Part shown: one piece after another, positions 51,057-61,756 of the stretch
Layout: each line of letters starts with the position of its first letter
Position numbering within the stretch: position 1 is the first letter of the stretch
NCBI GenBank assembly: GCA_041666915.1
Contig: JBAYFZ010000001.1
Span: forward strand, 9,086 to 73,085
DNA length: 64,000 nucleotides
From: Minisyncoccota bacterium
Lineage (GTDB): Bacteria; Patescibacteriota; Minisyncoccia; Phycocordibacterales; PALSA-1337
Direction of reading: 5' to 3'
Translations under genes and position numbers: made by a program
Notes under the pieces: model-generated
What the model saw: the letters and a program-made list of their open reading frames with translations, nothing else
Told to the model about the DNA's origin: nothing
Database searches by the model: none

Positions 51057-53540
51057 ATGTCCAGAAAACCAGGTGAATCAAAATCTAATCAAGCTGAAGT
51101 TGATGCTCGAAACGGTGCCGGTATAGTAGAACGTAGCATTACAACCGAAATGCGCGAGTCTTATCTAGACTACGCGATGTCAGTCATCACTGCTCGTGCT
51201 CTTCCTGATGTACGTGATGGTTTGAAACCTGTACATCGTCGTATTTTGTATACAATGCATGAGCTCAACCTCTCTCCAGGAGGTAAGACCAGAAAGTCTG
51301 CAAAGATCGTTGGAGACGTAACAGGTAACTATCACCCTCACGGCGACGTTGCTGTTTACGAATCTCTCGTCAACCTCATCCAACCTTTTCGTATGCGCTA
51401 TCCACTAGGTATTGGTCAAGGTAACTTCGGTTCTCTAGATGGTGATCCAGCTGCTGCTCCACGTTATACCGAGGCAAAGATGTCCCGTATCTCATCAGAA
51501 CTTCTCAAGGATATAGACAAGGATACTGTTGATTTTCGTCCAAACTATGAAGGTACACGTACAGAGCCTATCGTTCTTCCTTCTTCTGTTCCAAACCTTC
51601 TTTTGAATGGAACACTCGGTATTGCTGTCGGTATGGCCACCAACATTCCTCCTCACAATTTGCGTGAAGTCGTTGACGCAACAGCTTATTTGCTAGAAAA
51701 CAAAGATGCTACTACAGAAGACCTTACACAATTCATAAAAGGTCCAGATTTTCCAACTGGAGCTATCATGTATGGTCAAAAAGATATTCTTCATACTTAC
51801 ACTACTGGTCGTGGTGGTATTACTGTGCGTGGTGAAGCTGAGATCATTGAAGATAAAAAAGGCCAATTCCAGATTGTTATCACTTCTATACCTTATCGTG
51901 TCAATAAAGCAGATTTGATAACTAGGATTGCCGATTTAGTTCGTGAAAAAATAGTAGAGGGCGTTCGTGCTCTACGCGATGAGTCGACCGAAGATGTTCG
52001 TATTGTTATTGATCTCAAGCAAGGTTCTTATCCAGAAAAGATTCTCAATCAACTTTACAAACATACTCAACTTGAAGACGCTTTCCATGTAAATACCGTT
52101 GCTCTAGTAGATGGTGTACCACATACACTTTCCTTGAAGTCTATTCTAGAAGAATTCGTCAAACATCGCATTATAGTTATTCGTCGTCGCACTCAGTTTG
52201 ACCTTACCAAAGCCGAAGAACGTGAACATATCTTGCTAGGTTTGAAGAAAGCTCTAGATCATATTGATGAGATCATTACTCTTATCCGTGCTTCAAAGGA
52301 TGTAGCAGAAGCTCATGCCGGCCTCATGAAGAAGTTCAAGTTTAGTCCGTTACAGGCTACAGCTATTCTAGAAATGAGATTGCAAAAGTTGGCTGGACTA
52401 GAGCGTAAGAAAGTCCTAGATGAATTGGCTGAAGTTCAAGATTTGATAGCTAGACTCAAAGAGATTCTGGGTAGTGAAAAGAAAGTCCGAGCTCTCATCA
52501 AAGCTGAACTTATGGAGATCAAAGAAAAGTATGGCGACGATCGTCGTACTAAAATAGTCAAACATGGTGTGAAAGATTTCAATCCCGAAGATCTCATAGC
52601 TGATGAAGAGTCCGTACTTGTTCTTACAAAGGGTGGCTACATCAAACGTACCAATCCAGATGAGTATCGCAAACAGAAGCGTGGTGGTATCGGTGTTGTA
52701 GATCTAGATACAAAAGAAGAGGACTTTATTTCTCACCTTATTTTCGCTTCAACTCATAACGATCTACTATTCTTTACTGACAAAGGCAAAGCTTATCAGA
52801 TCAAGATGTACGATATTCCAGAAGGAAAGCGTGCTACCAAAGGCAAGTCTGTCATGAACTTCCTTTCACTTTCCGATGGTGAAAAAGTTACTTCCATATT
52901 GCCAATGCCAAAGGACAAGAAGACTGCAGAAGGCTTGGCTTTGATGATGGTTACAAAGAGTGGTACAGGCAAAAAATCTTCCGCTAAACATTTCCACGAT
53001 GTTCGTCGTTCTGGCCTTATTGCTATTACGCTGGAAGCTGGTGATGAACTTATTTCTGTATCCTTTGTTTCCAAGAATGATGAGATTGTCCTTGCTACAA
53101 AAGATGGTCAGTCTATCCGTTTCAAAGAAAGCGATGTTAGGGAAATGGGTAGAAACGCTACTGGTGTACGCGTCATCAAACTTGATGAAAAAGTTGATGC
53201 AGTCATCTCTGCCGACGTTGTTTCCAAAGATGCCAAAAATCCAGCCCTGTTCGTAATGGGCGCAAATGGTTATGGTAAAAAGACCAAACTTTCTGAATAC
53301 AAAACTCAAAATCGTGGTGGTTCTGGAATATTGACTATGAATGTCACTTCCAAGACTGGTCCACTCATGGCCGCTAAGGTTGTCACTGATGATGTTGAAG
53401 AGATTGTAGCTATGTCCAAGAAGAGTCAGGTTATACGCGTTGATCTGAAAGAGATTCCTACACTCGGTCGTTCCACTCAAGGTGTCAGGGTTATGAAGCT
53501 CAGGGAAGGGGATTCATTGGCAAGTTTGATTTGTCTGTAA
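51057..53540 (+). CDS. gyrA: DNA gyrase subunit A
   Basis: [25 protein letters not shown], GyrA-box QKRGGIG. Confidence 0.98.
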   Translation: MSRKPGESKSNQAEVDARNGAGIVERSITTEMRESYLDYAMSVITARALPDVRDGLKPVHRRILYTMHELNLSPGGKTRKSAKIVGDVTGNYHPHGDVAVYESLVNLIQPFRMRYPLGIGQGNFGSLDGDPAAAPRYTEAKMSRISSELLKDIDKDTVDFRPNYEGTRTEPIVLPSSVPNLLLNGTLGIAVGMATNIPPHNLREVVDATAYLLENKDATTEDLTQFIKGPDFPTGAIMYGQKDILHTYTTGRGGITVRGEAEIIEDKKGQFQIVITSIPYRVNKADLITRIADLVREKIVEGVRALRDESTEDVRIVIDLKQGSYPEKILNQLYKHTQLEDAFHVNTVALVDGVPHTLSLKSILEEFVKHRIIVIRRRTQFDLTKAEEREHILLGLKKALDHIDEIITLIRASKDVAEAHAGLMKKFKFSPLQATAILEMRLQKLAGLERKKVLDELAEVQDLIARLKEILGSEKKVRALIKAELMEIKEKYGDDRRTKIVKHGVKDFNPEDLIADEESVLVLTKGGYIKRTNPDEYRKQKRGGIGVVDLDTKEEDFISHLIFASTHNDLLFFTDKGKAYQIKMYDIPEGKRATKGKSVMNFLSLSDGEKVTSILPMPKDKKTAEGLALMMVTKSGTGKKSSAKHFHDVRRSGLIAITLEAGDELISVSFVSKNDEIVLATKDGQSIRFKESDVREMGRNATGVRVIKLDEKVDAVISADVVSKDAKNPALFVMGANGYGKKTKLSEYKTQNRGGSGILTMNVTSKTGPLMAAKVVTDDVEEIVAMSKKSQVIRVDLKEIPTLGRSTQGVRVMKLREGDSLASLICL

Positions 53541-53570
53541 ATTTTCGGGTAGAATTTTTAGTGTAAACAC

Positions 53571-53596
53571 AAAACCCGCCTTGTAAGCGGGTTTTG
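53571..53596 (+). terminator. Intrinsic terminator after gyrA
   Basis: AAAACCCGC-CTTGTAA-GCGGGTTTT. Confidence 0.75.
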
Positions 53597-53664
53597 GCTA
53601 GGATTTTGCGGGTTCTAATTCTCTGAACCCTACCTCATCAGTAATGGAAGTATATAGCTATTGA

Positions 53665-54111
53665 TTACATTGTGCAAAATCTTTCTTTGACGAATACTGG
53701 ACTATTTCCACTTTGAGTAAGTAGAGCTGCGTTTTCACAGAAATTATTATTAAATTTGTCACCTATTAGATAAGTATTGAATTCCTTCTGACTTACAACA
53801 TCTAATACGTTTTCATTTTTTACTTGATATGTATGTTTACCGTAACAATTATTTGCATCTTGTGCATAAATAGAAGCATTATTTCTAATTCGGTCAATAA
53901 TATTCCAATCATCGAAAGATTGACTTCCATCACTATGTTTTCTTGTATCTCCATAAGAAATCAGATTTGATTTGAGGATGTAGAATTTTATACCTTGACT
54001 ATCGAGGGCACAGCTTAAATTTGGCCCCAAAAAATAATATTTAGCACTGATTATTACTAATATAATAATCACTATTGAAATAACAAATGAGCGTGTCTTA
54101 CGGGTTTTCAT
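53665..54111 (-). CDS. Membrane-anchored hypothetical protein
   Basis: N-terminal TM, four Cys. Confidence 0.65.
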   Translation of the reverse strand: MKTRKTRSFVISIVIIILVIISAKYYFLGPNLSCALDSQGIKFYILKSNLISYGDTRKHSDGSQSFDDWNIIDRIRNNASIYAQDANNCYGKHTYQVKNENVLDVVSQKEFNTYLIGDKFNNNFCENAALLTQSGNSPVFVKERFCTM

Positions 54112-54235
54112 ATATATAAATTATACCATGAAAAATTTAAGGGAGTAGTGCGAGTTAAACCCATCAAATCCTCAGCCAAATTTGTCCCCACTGCCTTTAG
54201 TATGCTTTTACGGGTTTATATCCTATAATTAACCC

Positions 54236-54754
54236 ATGTTTTCCGATCCAGCATCAAATCTTTCTAAATTGGGATTAAACGATGGTATGAAAGTAGTTGA
54301 CTTGGGCGCAGGCTCTGGTTTTTACACTATAGAAGCCGCAAAGAGAGTTGGTGGCAGTGGCAGAGTCTATGCCGTAGACGTTATCAAGGAACTTCTAGAA
54401 AGGATTCGTTCACACGGCGCTTCTCAGGGACTCCGTAATATAGAGGTAGTTTGGGGTAATGCCGAGAAGATCGGTGGTACCAAACTTCGCGAAGCTACGG
54501 CTGACAGGGTGATTGTTTCCAATATTCTTTTTCAAGTAGAAAAACTTGATGAATTTGTTCTTGAAGTAAAACGTATTTTGAAGCCAGGAGGGAAGGTTCT
54601 TGTAGTAGATTGGAGTGAACTCTCTGCTCTTAGTCCAAAAACGCTTGTACCAGCAATGAAAGCTCAAATGCTTTTTGAAAAAGCCGGTTTCAAAATAGAT
54701 CAGTCATTTGATGCGGGTGACCACCATTACGGTTTAGTTCTTATTCGTCAATAA
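54236..54754 (+). CDS. Class I SAM-dependent methyltransferase
   Basis: VDLGAGSG, YAVD, LKPGGK. Confidence 0.92.
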   Translation: MFSDPASNLSKLGLNDGMKVVDLGAGSGFYTIEAAKRVGGSGRVYAVDVIKELLERIRSHGASQGLRNIEVVWGNAEKIGGTKLREATADRVIVSNILFQVEKLDEFVLEVKRILKPGGKVLVVDWSELSALSPKTLVPAMKAQMLFEKAGFKIDQSFDAGDHHYGLVLIRQ

Positions 54755-54763
54755 ACAAAAAGT

Positions 54764-56077
54764 ATGAAAACGAGCAAATTTCAAATAATAACACTAGCAA
54801 TCTTCGTTGTAGCAATCATAGCCGGCGCAGCTTCCTTCGCTTTGTACAAAGGTAGCTCTGGAAGTGCAACTTTACCAGATGTCTCAATATGGGGGACTTT
54901 TCCAGCAGATATTTTCAATAAGTATGTCTCCAATATAAACAACACTTTAGCTTCACCTCTCAAGGTCAATTATATTCAGTATAAGCTAGAAGATTTTTCC
55001 AAGAATTTTGTCAATGCTTTGGCTTTGGGTCAAGGTCCAGATGCCGTACTTATTCCGTCAGAAATGTTATTGTCAGAATTCAATAAATTGATCCATGTAC
55101 CTTATACGGTTTTGCCAAAAGATACATTTTTCAATTCATATATTGATGAAGCTAGGATATATTTATCTGATAATGGAGTCCAAGCTATACCTTTTAGTGT
55201 AGATCCTATTGTTATGTATTGGAACCGCGACAATTTTAATTCTGCAGGCATTGCTACGTATCCAAAATATTGGGATGAATTTACCGGTTCTAGTTTGAAG
55301 CCAGGTTTGGCTCAAAAATTGACCAGTAAAGATCAGAACGGAAATATTAGAAAGTCAGCGATAGCAATGGGAGATTTTTCCAATATTACCAACGCTCGCG
55401 AGGTGATGGGGTCTTTGTTATTACAGAGTGGTAACCCTGTAACTATGATTGGAAATGGGGGTGTCGTATCTACTATCAGTACATCTTATTCTGCTAGTCC
55501 TATCCCAGCTTTTAGATTTTTCAGCCAATTTGCAGATCCTTCCAATGCAAACTATTCATGGAATAAAGGTATGGTAAATGATAAGTCGGCATTTCTGTCA
55601 GGAGTGCTTTCTACATATTTTAGTTTTGCTTCAGAGTTAAGTAGTATTAAAGCCAAAAATCCCAATCTTAATTTTGATGTAGCTCCAATACCACAGTTGA
55701 GGACTGGTGGTCAGAAATCTGGATATGCAAAGATGTATGGATTTTCTCTTGTTAGAGCTTCCACAAAACTAGATGCTGTCTTCCAAGTTATTTCTACTTT
55801 GACAACGGCCAACAACTTGAAAGATTTGTCGCAAACCATGTATTTACCATCAGTAAGAAGGGATGTCATAGCTATAGGTTCTACGGATCCATATATAACG
55901 ATATTCAATCAAGCGGTTCTCGTTTCAAAGACATGGATTGATGTTGATGCAAGTAAGTCCGGTCAGATTTTTAGTAATTTGGTTCAAGCTGTGACGAGCG
56001 GACAAAAGAATATAGATCAGGCTGTTCGTGATGCTGGGGATCAATATAATGTTGTGTTGAAACAAGCGGGGCAGTAG
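54764..56077 (+). CDS. Extracellular solute-binding protein (family 1-like)
   Basis: N-terminal TM, GQGPD, IPFSVDPIVMYWN, VAPIPQ. Confidence 0.85.
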   Translation: MKTSKFQIITLAIFVVAIIAGAASFALYKGSSGSATLPDVSIWGTFPADIFNKYVSNINNTLASPLKVNYIQYKLEDFSKNFVNALALGQGPDAVLIPSEMLLSEFNKLIHVPYTVLPKDTFFNSYIDEARIYLSDNGVQAIPFSVDPIVMYWNRDNFNSAGIATYPKYWDEFTGSSLKPGLAQKLTSKDQNGNIRKSAIAMGDFSNITNAREVMGSLLLQSGNPVTMIGNGGVVSTISTSYSASPIPAFRFFSQFADPSNANYSWNKGMVNDKSAFLSGVLSTYFSFASELSSIKAKNPNLNFDVAPIPQLRTGGQKSGYAKMYGFSLVRASTKLDAVFQVISTLTTANNLKDLSQTMYLPSVRRDVIAIGSTDPYITIFNQAVLVSKTWIDVDASKSGQIFSNLVQAVTSGQKNIDQAVRDAGDQYNVVLKQAGQ

Positions 56078-56108
56078 GGGCTAACTTTTGTCTTATCTTT
56101 ATAAAAAT

Positions 56109-56585
56109 ATGAATTCAAAGTGCAAAGTGCAAAGTGCAAAGTTTAAGACAATAATTATGTTGTTTGTTTTTTCTGTAATTTTGTTTACACCTTTTGTTCA
56201 AGCACAAACTATTAAACCAGAACCTGTAGATGTGAACAGTTCTTCTTTTAGATTACTCATTTGTGATGGCCCAGTTCTTCCAGCTGGTGTAACTCCTCCA
56301 AAAGCAAACTATGTTCCTTGTGACTTCAAAGGGTTGATGATGCAGATTCAACATTTTATAAATATTGCTATGGTTGGAGGTGTTATCATTGCTATCTTAG
56401 GTATGACTTATGCTGGTATTCTGTATATCTCTGGTAACCCTGCTAAGATAAAAGAAGCTCACGATATATTTCCAAGTATTCTGATAGGATTTATAGTAAT
56501 GTTATCAGCATGGTTTATCGTCTATCAGGTTATAAATTGGTTGACTGGTGGTAATACTTTGAGTGTTCTTCTTGGTAATCCATAA
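56109..56585 (+). CDS. VirB2/TrbC-like pilin 1
   Basis: Signal, Cys pair, TM-YAG...SGNP...A...IG-TM. Confidence 0.8.
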   Translation: MNSKCKVQSAKFKTIIMLFVFSVILFTPFVQAQTIKPEPVDVNSSSFRLLICDGPVLPAGVTPPKANYVPCDFKGLMMQIQHFINIAMVGGVIIAILGMTYAGILYISGNPAKIKEAHDIFPSILIGFIVMLSAWFIVYQVINWLTGGNTLSVLLGNP

Positions 56586-56589
56586 AATT

Positions 56590-57066
56590 ATGAAAAATAT
56601 ATCTAAAAAAATTGTTTCAGTATTATTAGTGGTGGTTTTTGTTATTTCTGTATCGGCTCCTGTTTTTGCTCAGTCTAGTACAGGTAGTAATGTTCCTAGT
56701 ACTGGAGGGTCAACGAACTCTAATGCTTCTAGTCAAACTTTCACTCTCCAAAATCCTTTGAATCCGAAAATAAACTCCATTGGTGGTTTGATACAGACTT
56801 TTGTGGAGATCATTAGTTATATTGCAATATTGTTTGCAGTCGTAGCTTTTATTTGGGTTGGTTTTCAATATGTTACGAGTGCGGCGCAAGGTAAAACTTC
56901 AAAGATAGAAGAATTACATGGTCAATTGTTATGGCTCGTTGTAGGTGTCGCTGTTATCATTAGCGCTAGAGTTATCATTCAATTGACTATAAATACATTG
57001 TCAGCAACTGGAACCATCAGTCCTGGAGTTATAAACAGTGCCCAAAATGCATTAAGAGGTAATTAA
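56590..57066 (+). CDS. VirB2/TrbC-like pilin 2
   Basis: Signal, LQNPL, GFQYV, two TMs. Confidence 0.8.
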   Translation: MKNISKKIVSVLLVVVFVISVSAPVFAQSSTGSNVPSTGGSTNSNASSQTFTLQNPLNPKINSIGGLIQTFVEIISYIAILFAVVAFIWVGFQYVTSAAQGKTSKIEELHGQLLWLVVGVAVIISARVIIQLTINTLSATGTISPGVINSAQNALRGN

Positions 57067-57081
57067 AATATAATAATAAAC

Positions 57082-57441
57082 ATGAAAAAGATTCAATATT
57101 TTGTTACAGGTTTGGCGATATCATTACCTTTTATAGCTTCTGCTCAGACACAGATGAAATTGAGTGACCTCATGGCTAAACTTGCTGGATATTTGAATCA
57201 AGCTTTAGCATTACTCATGGGATTTGCTGTTGTTGTATTCGTCTTTTATGTAATAAAATATTTTATCCAACCCGGTGATACAAAGAGGGTAGAAGCAGCT
57301 CAATATCTAATGTGGAGTCTTATAGGTTTCTTTGTCATCCTATCTCTTTGGGGCTTAGTTAACATCCTCATTTCAACTTTTGATCTTGGTACCAGTAGTC
57401 CTGGTTCTTGGGCTAGTCTTAGAAATTTATTTCCTAATTAA
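57082..57441 (+). CDS. VirB2/TrbC-like pilin 3
   Basis: WSLIGFFVILSLWGLVNIL. Confidence 0.8.
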   Translation: MKKIQYFVTGLAISLPFIASAQTQMKLSDLMAKLAGYLNQALALLMGFAVVVFVFYVIKYFIQPGDTKRVEAAQYLMWSLIGFFVILSLWGLVNILISTFDLGTSSPGSWASLRNLFPN

Positions 57442-57449
57442 TATAAAAT

Positions 57450-57755
57450 ATGAATAATATAACAGATATAAATAGTCTTACTACAAAGTTGGCTGGTATT
57501 GGTAATGTGATAGTCTATCTACTCATAGCTTTGGCAGTAGTTTATATTGTCTGGAATGTTGTTCAGTACGTGGTCAAACCATCAGCTGATAGCAAGACCG
57601 AAGCCCTCAAAAATATGGGGTGGGGTATACTGGGCTTATTTATCATCGTCTCTCTTTGGGGTTTGGTCAATATCCTTACAAATACTTTTTCTACGAATAA
57701 TAATGCCCCTACGGATCGTTTTCCAAATGCGAATTTCTTATCAGGTTCAAAATAG
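57450..57755 (+). CDS. VirB2/TrbC-like pilin 4
   Basis: WGILGLFIIVSLWGLVNIL; no signal peptide. Confidence 0.8.
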   Translation: MNNITDINSLTTKLAGIGNVIVYLLIALAVVYIVWNVVQYVVKPSADSKTEALKNMGWGILGLFIIVSLWGLVNILTNTFSTNNNAPTDRFPNANFLSGSK

Positions 57756-57840
57756 TTAGTAATCCACAAGGTTAATTTGCTTGTTTGTGTTTACGGGGTA
57801 TAATTGGGATGATATTAAGATTTATTAATTTATTATAAAC

Positions 57841-58233
57841 ATGAAAAAAATTATCGCACTTATCGCTTTCGTTGCTCCATCAGTAGCTTCGGCACAATCT
57901 TTGGCACCTATTACCAATGTAAATGATTTGTCTTCTAGACTTTTAGGTATTGGTAACACGGTGACATATTTGTTAGTAGCATTGGCAGTTATTTATATCA
58001 TTTGGAATGTAGTCAATTTTCTCATCAAGCCAGCCGGTGAAGAAAGAAAGGGTGCTCAGATGAATATCGTATGGGGAATTGTAGGTTTGTTCGTTATAGT
58101 TTCTATTTGGGGTCTTGTCGGTATTCTTACAAACACATTCAAGACTGCACCTACAAATCAGGCAATACCAAATTTTGGAACTAATGCTAGTAATGGTGGT
58201 ATACCTTCCAATACAGTTCCGTTGGTTCAATAA
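57841..58233 (+). CDS. VirB2/TrbC-like pilin 5
   Basis: WGIVGLFVIVSIWGLVGIL; own promoter TTGCTT...TATAAT. Confidence 0.8.
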   Translation: MKKIIALIAFVAPSVASAQSLAPITNVNDLSSRLLGIGNTVTYLLVALAVIYIIWNVVNFLIKPAGEERKGAQMNIVWGIVGLFVIVSIWGLVGILTNTFKTAPTNQAIPNFGTNASNGGIPSNTVPLVQ

Positions 58234-58247
58234 TATCCGGTTAGAAT

Positions 58248-58541
58248 ATGCAATCATTTCTGAAAATACCCTTTGTTGAGGCAGCGGTTGATATGACTGC
58301 TTTTGGAAATGTCATAAACCCAATAATAGTCAATATTGTCTACCCGATAATTGGGCTTTTGTTTGGAATTGCGATAGTCATGTTTGTCTATGGTGTTTTA
58401 CAATTGGTATTGCATGGAGCAGACCCTTCTGCTCGTGAAAAAGGGCAATCAACCATAATGTATGGCACGATAGGAATGTTCATCATGGTTTCAGCTTGGG
58501 GGATCATATATCTAGTGTCAAATACGATTAAGGGACTTTAG
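58248..58541 (+). CDS. VirB2/TrbC-like pilin 6
   Basis: REKG...YGTIGMFIMVSAWGI. Confidence 0.8.
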   Translation: MQSFLKIPFVEAAVDMTAFGNVINPIIVNIVYPIIGLLFGIAIVMFVYGVLQLVLHGADPSAREKGQSTIMYGTIGMFIMVSAWGIIYLVSNTIKGL

Positions 58542-58595
58542 AGATAAAAAAGAAAACCGCCTTCCGAGTAAACTCGGGGGCGGTTTTTGATTCAC

Positions 58596-59033
58596 TTAGT
58601 TATCCCTAGGGAGTATCTGGGCAACCAAAGTTGCTTTTTTTATCGATTGTCCAGGTTTAACTCTCCATTCATTGATGTTTGAGTCTGGGAATCTCATGTA
58701 GCTGTTTTTATTCCAATCAGTGGGATACAGATCATAAATCTGATCATCTCTCTGATCGAAACGTACTTGCCACCACACACCCCTTGTTACCATGTTACCC
58801 TTAATCTTTTTTTGAGGATCAAAACAAGACATTCCTTGCCACTCATAATCATTGAGGGTAATTATTTTTTCACTAGGTTGCTCGATTGCTTGGTTGCTAT
58901 CCGTGGTCACGGTCTTTTTATTAGGACCCCTGACCCATTTATTGAACGATGAATCGAAGTACATCTTCAATCCAAGTGCCAATATTGCTATAACGATTGA
59001 TGTGGCTATAAGTATTTTCCAACGATTTTTCAT
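58596..59033 (-). CDS. Membrane-anchored hypothetical protein
   Basis: GGAGG SD, N-terminal TM. Confidence 0.7.
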   Translation of the reverse strand: MKNRWKILIATSIVIAILALGLKMYFDSSFNKWVRGPNKKTVTTDSNQAIEQPSEKIITLNDYEWQGMSCFDPQKKIKGNMVTRGVWWQVRFDQRDDQIYDLYPTDWNKNSYMRFPDSNINEWRVKPGQSIKKATLVAQILPRDN

Positions 59034-59049
59034 TTCTACCTCCTATCTT

Positions 59050-60006
59050 TTAAGTTTTTCCTGTTTGGTTAACTAAGATGCTTTTACCATCCTTGTTTCG
59101 AACCTCTTGGGAACGACTGTCGCGGATCAATCTTAAGGATTTGATTTCTTCCACGCATTCCTTCAATGTTGGTACTTTACCTTCCATTAGAGGATCGCTT
59201 TGGTAGAATTCTTGCAATTGTCTGGCAGCCTGTGTGAATGTCGTATATTCTGTCATCTCGTTTTTACGTTCATATAATTCAAGGCGAACACCTTTCATAG
59301 CCTTGATGACATCATCTGGCTGATTAAAGATTGCTTGAATTTTATATACTGTAACTCCGAACGATTTTGAATCAACATATTTCTCGACACCAGCCTTTAA
59401 TGGACCTGACAACTTTTCACTGTCCTGAGTTATTTCTAGAGCATCGATATTCCTAGCTATCTCTCGAGCACCTTTTTTGACTATGTCATCAAGTTGCTCA
59501 ATGATTTTCTTTATATCGCCGCCAGCTTGAATGTAGTCGATGGCATCTTCTAGATCTGGAAATAATGTTATAGACACATTTCCTTCCAAAACAACTTCAT
59601 CTTTTGAAGTTATTGCCATGGGTATCTTTTTGTCCACATTCGTGATGTCAATTTGTTCACACGATAAGTTGAATGGAAAATAATTCGCTAAGATTGTTTT
59701 TCCACCAACTATTATCGGTTTGTCGCCAATGGTGGAGAATGAACCCCATAAGGTTAAGACTCCAGCAGTACGAGGTTTTGATGGTATGTCGGTGTAACCA
59801 AAGACGAACATGGCTATACCTGTAACAATCATCGTTATCCCTAACACTATTCCTAGGGACGACCCGATTATAACGACGAACATTCCTAATAGTATTAGGG
59901 CTACTATCGTTTTGAGGATACCTCGAGTTATCCAGTTACCGAACGGCTCTAACTTTTGAGCCTCGGTATTTGGTTTATTGTTTGTTCCGTTGTTTTCGTT
60001 ACTCAT
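59050..60006 (-). CDS. SPFH/band 7-like membrane protein
   Basis: Two TMs, GVLTLWG, ITSKDEV, FGV...I pattern. Confidence 0.65.
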   Translation of the reverse strand: MSNENNGTNNKPNTEAQKLEPFGNWITRGILKTIVALILLGMFVVIIGSSLGIVLGITMIVTGIAMFVFGYTDIPSKPRTAGVLTLWGSFSTIGDKPIIVGGKTILANYFPFNLSCEQIDITNVDKKIPMAITSKDEVVLEGNVSITLFPDLEDAIDYIQAGGDIKKIIEQLDDIVKKGAREIARNIDALEITQDSEKLSGPLKAGVEKYVDSKSFGVTVYKIQAIFNQPDDVIKAMKGVRLELYERKNEMTEYTTFTQAARQLQEFYQSDPLMEGKVPTLKECVEEIKSLRLIRDSRSQEVRNKDGKSILVNQTGKT

Positions 60007-60211
60007 ATTTCCTCCTATTTCTGAACCACCCTTACGAAGGGAAGTTCTTTGTTTTTGTTTAAATTGTCAACGTAGCGCTTGTCCAAAGGACGGCGTTACT
60101 AACAGCCCTATATATGATAGCACTTTAGAGCCTATTTGTCAAGGTGTAAAAAGGTATAAAAACAACCCCCACTAGACCATAAAAGTCTGTGGGGGGATGT
60201 GTGATAATGGG

Positions 60212-61399
60212 TCAATTACCATTGTAGTAATAACCTTTACTGCCGGGGATTTCAATCATTTCTCGGCCTAGCATTGGTACTGGTGACCAGTTTTGCGGTA
60301 AACGTGTTAGCCGAACACTTTGTCGTTGTGGCTCTTCACACACTTGTCGTGTATTACACAGTTCAGTTATTTGGGTGTTAGCCCTATTGAAACTGCTGAA
60401 GCCACTGAATTGGTTATCTGTGCGATCCGTGTAGACCACTCTTGCTGGTCTCACGTCCTCGGAATAATGAACAGGGGACGATGATCTGTTGATCGCCACA
60501 TTGATACTACTGTTGTTCATGTTTATGAGACTACCGCAGTGGTAACCATTCGTTTGCGGTTGATCTGGAGATGGTGGAACAACTAGATTTTTTCGTTCCA
60601 GGCCCTCCATTTGCTGTTTCAGGTCGTTGAACTTGTCGTTCATTTCAACCTGACTCTTCCTGGCATTCTCAATTTCTTGAGAAGCCGTTGCTTTCATCAT
60701 GGCCGCCGAGCTTATGCTTTGGTCGCGCATTGCGTACAGTGCGAGAACAAAGATGACCAGAATCAAACCGACAAGGCCGATAACGCTAAGAATGATTCCG
60801 ATGACCGACAATTCTTGTTTCTCTTTTGGAGCTTTGGGATTTGTCGGCGCTGGGTTGGACGGAGTGCCGGGCGTTGGTGTCACTGGCACCTGAGGCGGTT
60901 GATTGACTGACGTACTACCATGTGCCTGAGGATTCTGAAGAGTATCAAGTTTCTTGTTGAGGTGCTCGAGAATCTTGGTGATCTTGTCAGACGTGTCCTG
61001 AAGTTCCTTGGCAGAGGCTTTACTGGCAATGGCAATATCTTTCCGTAGATCCATTGCCGTGTTTTTGAACGCCGTATCCATGTTTCCAATGGTTGTATTC
61101 ACAACATTAAGCTTTGCTTCTAGATCTGTTTTGACAGCTCGAAGCTCAGTCTTATTTGCCGTGTTTTTAACCGTCTCTTCCAACGTCTCGATTCTCTTTT
61201 GAAGATCTTCCATTGTTACTGGCGCCACTGGCACCGAAGCAGAAGACGTTCCCGCTACTGGTGCTGGTGATGCTGATCCAGCTACAGGAGATGCTCCTGA
61301 ACCGGATACTGGTGAATTTGCCGACGCTGGAGCAGAAGATGCTCCTGTAGCTCCGGTTGCAGATGAACTGCCACTGGGCTGATTTACTGGAGTTGCCAT
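60212..61399 (-). CDS. Hypothetical protein: Ser/Ala/Pro-rich N-terminus, coiled coil, single TM
   Basis: 395-aa ORF; composition. Confidence 0.75.
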   Translation of the reverse strand: MATPVNQPSGSSSATGATGASSAPASANSPVSGSGASPVAGSASPAPVAGTSSASVPVAPVTMEDLQKRIETLEETVKNTANKTELRAVKTDLEAKLNVVNTTIGNMDTAFKNTAMDLRKDIAIASKASAKELQDTSDKITKILEHLNKKLDTLQNPQAHGSTSVNQPPQVPVTPTPGTPSNPAPTNPKAPKEKQELSVIGIILSVIGLVGLILVIFVLALYAMRDQSISSAAMMKATASQEIENARKSQVEMNDKFNDLKQQMEGLERKNLVVPPSPDQPQTNGYHCGSLINMNNSSINVAINRSSSPVHYSEDVRPARVVYTDRTDNQFSGFSSFNRANTQITELCNTRQVCEEPQRQSVRLTRLPQNWSPVPMLGREMIEIPGSKGYYYNGN

Positions 61400-61652
61400 A
61401 ATATTTCTCTTTCCTGACCTTTTTATGGGTCATTTTTGTTATGTGGTTTTCAAGAAGCTATGGTCATATAACTATATATAACCCTTCTTTATACTGGCAC
61501 AATTATAGCGCACTACTGTACAAATGTCAAGGAGTGTTGTGTGCTTAAAATATAGGTGAAATAAGCCGTGCAGACACCTTGTTCCCGCCACAAAATTCGC
61601 TTCGCTCATCCTGTGCTTGCACTTCGAAGCGATTGATTAAATCGCGTAGTAG

Positions 61653-61734
61653 TGCCGGGGAGAGGACTCGAACCTCCACCAGTTGCCTGACATGCTCCTA
61701 AGGCATGCGTGTCTACCAATTTCACCACCCCGGC
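61653..61734 (-). tRNA. tRNA-Leu(TAG)
   Basis: GCCGGGG acceptor, CATGC-CTTAGGA-GCATG anticodon arm, long variable arm, GGTTCGAGTCC. Confidence 0.95.
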
Positions 61735-61756
61735 GGGCGTATACGGACTAGTTTAC

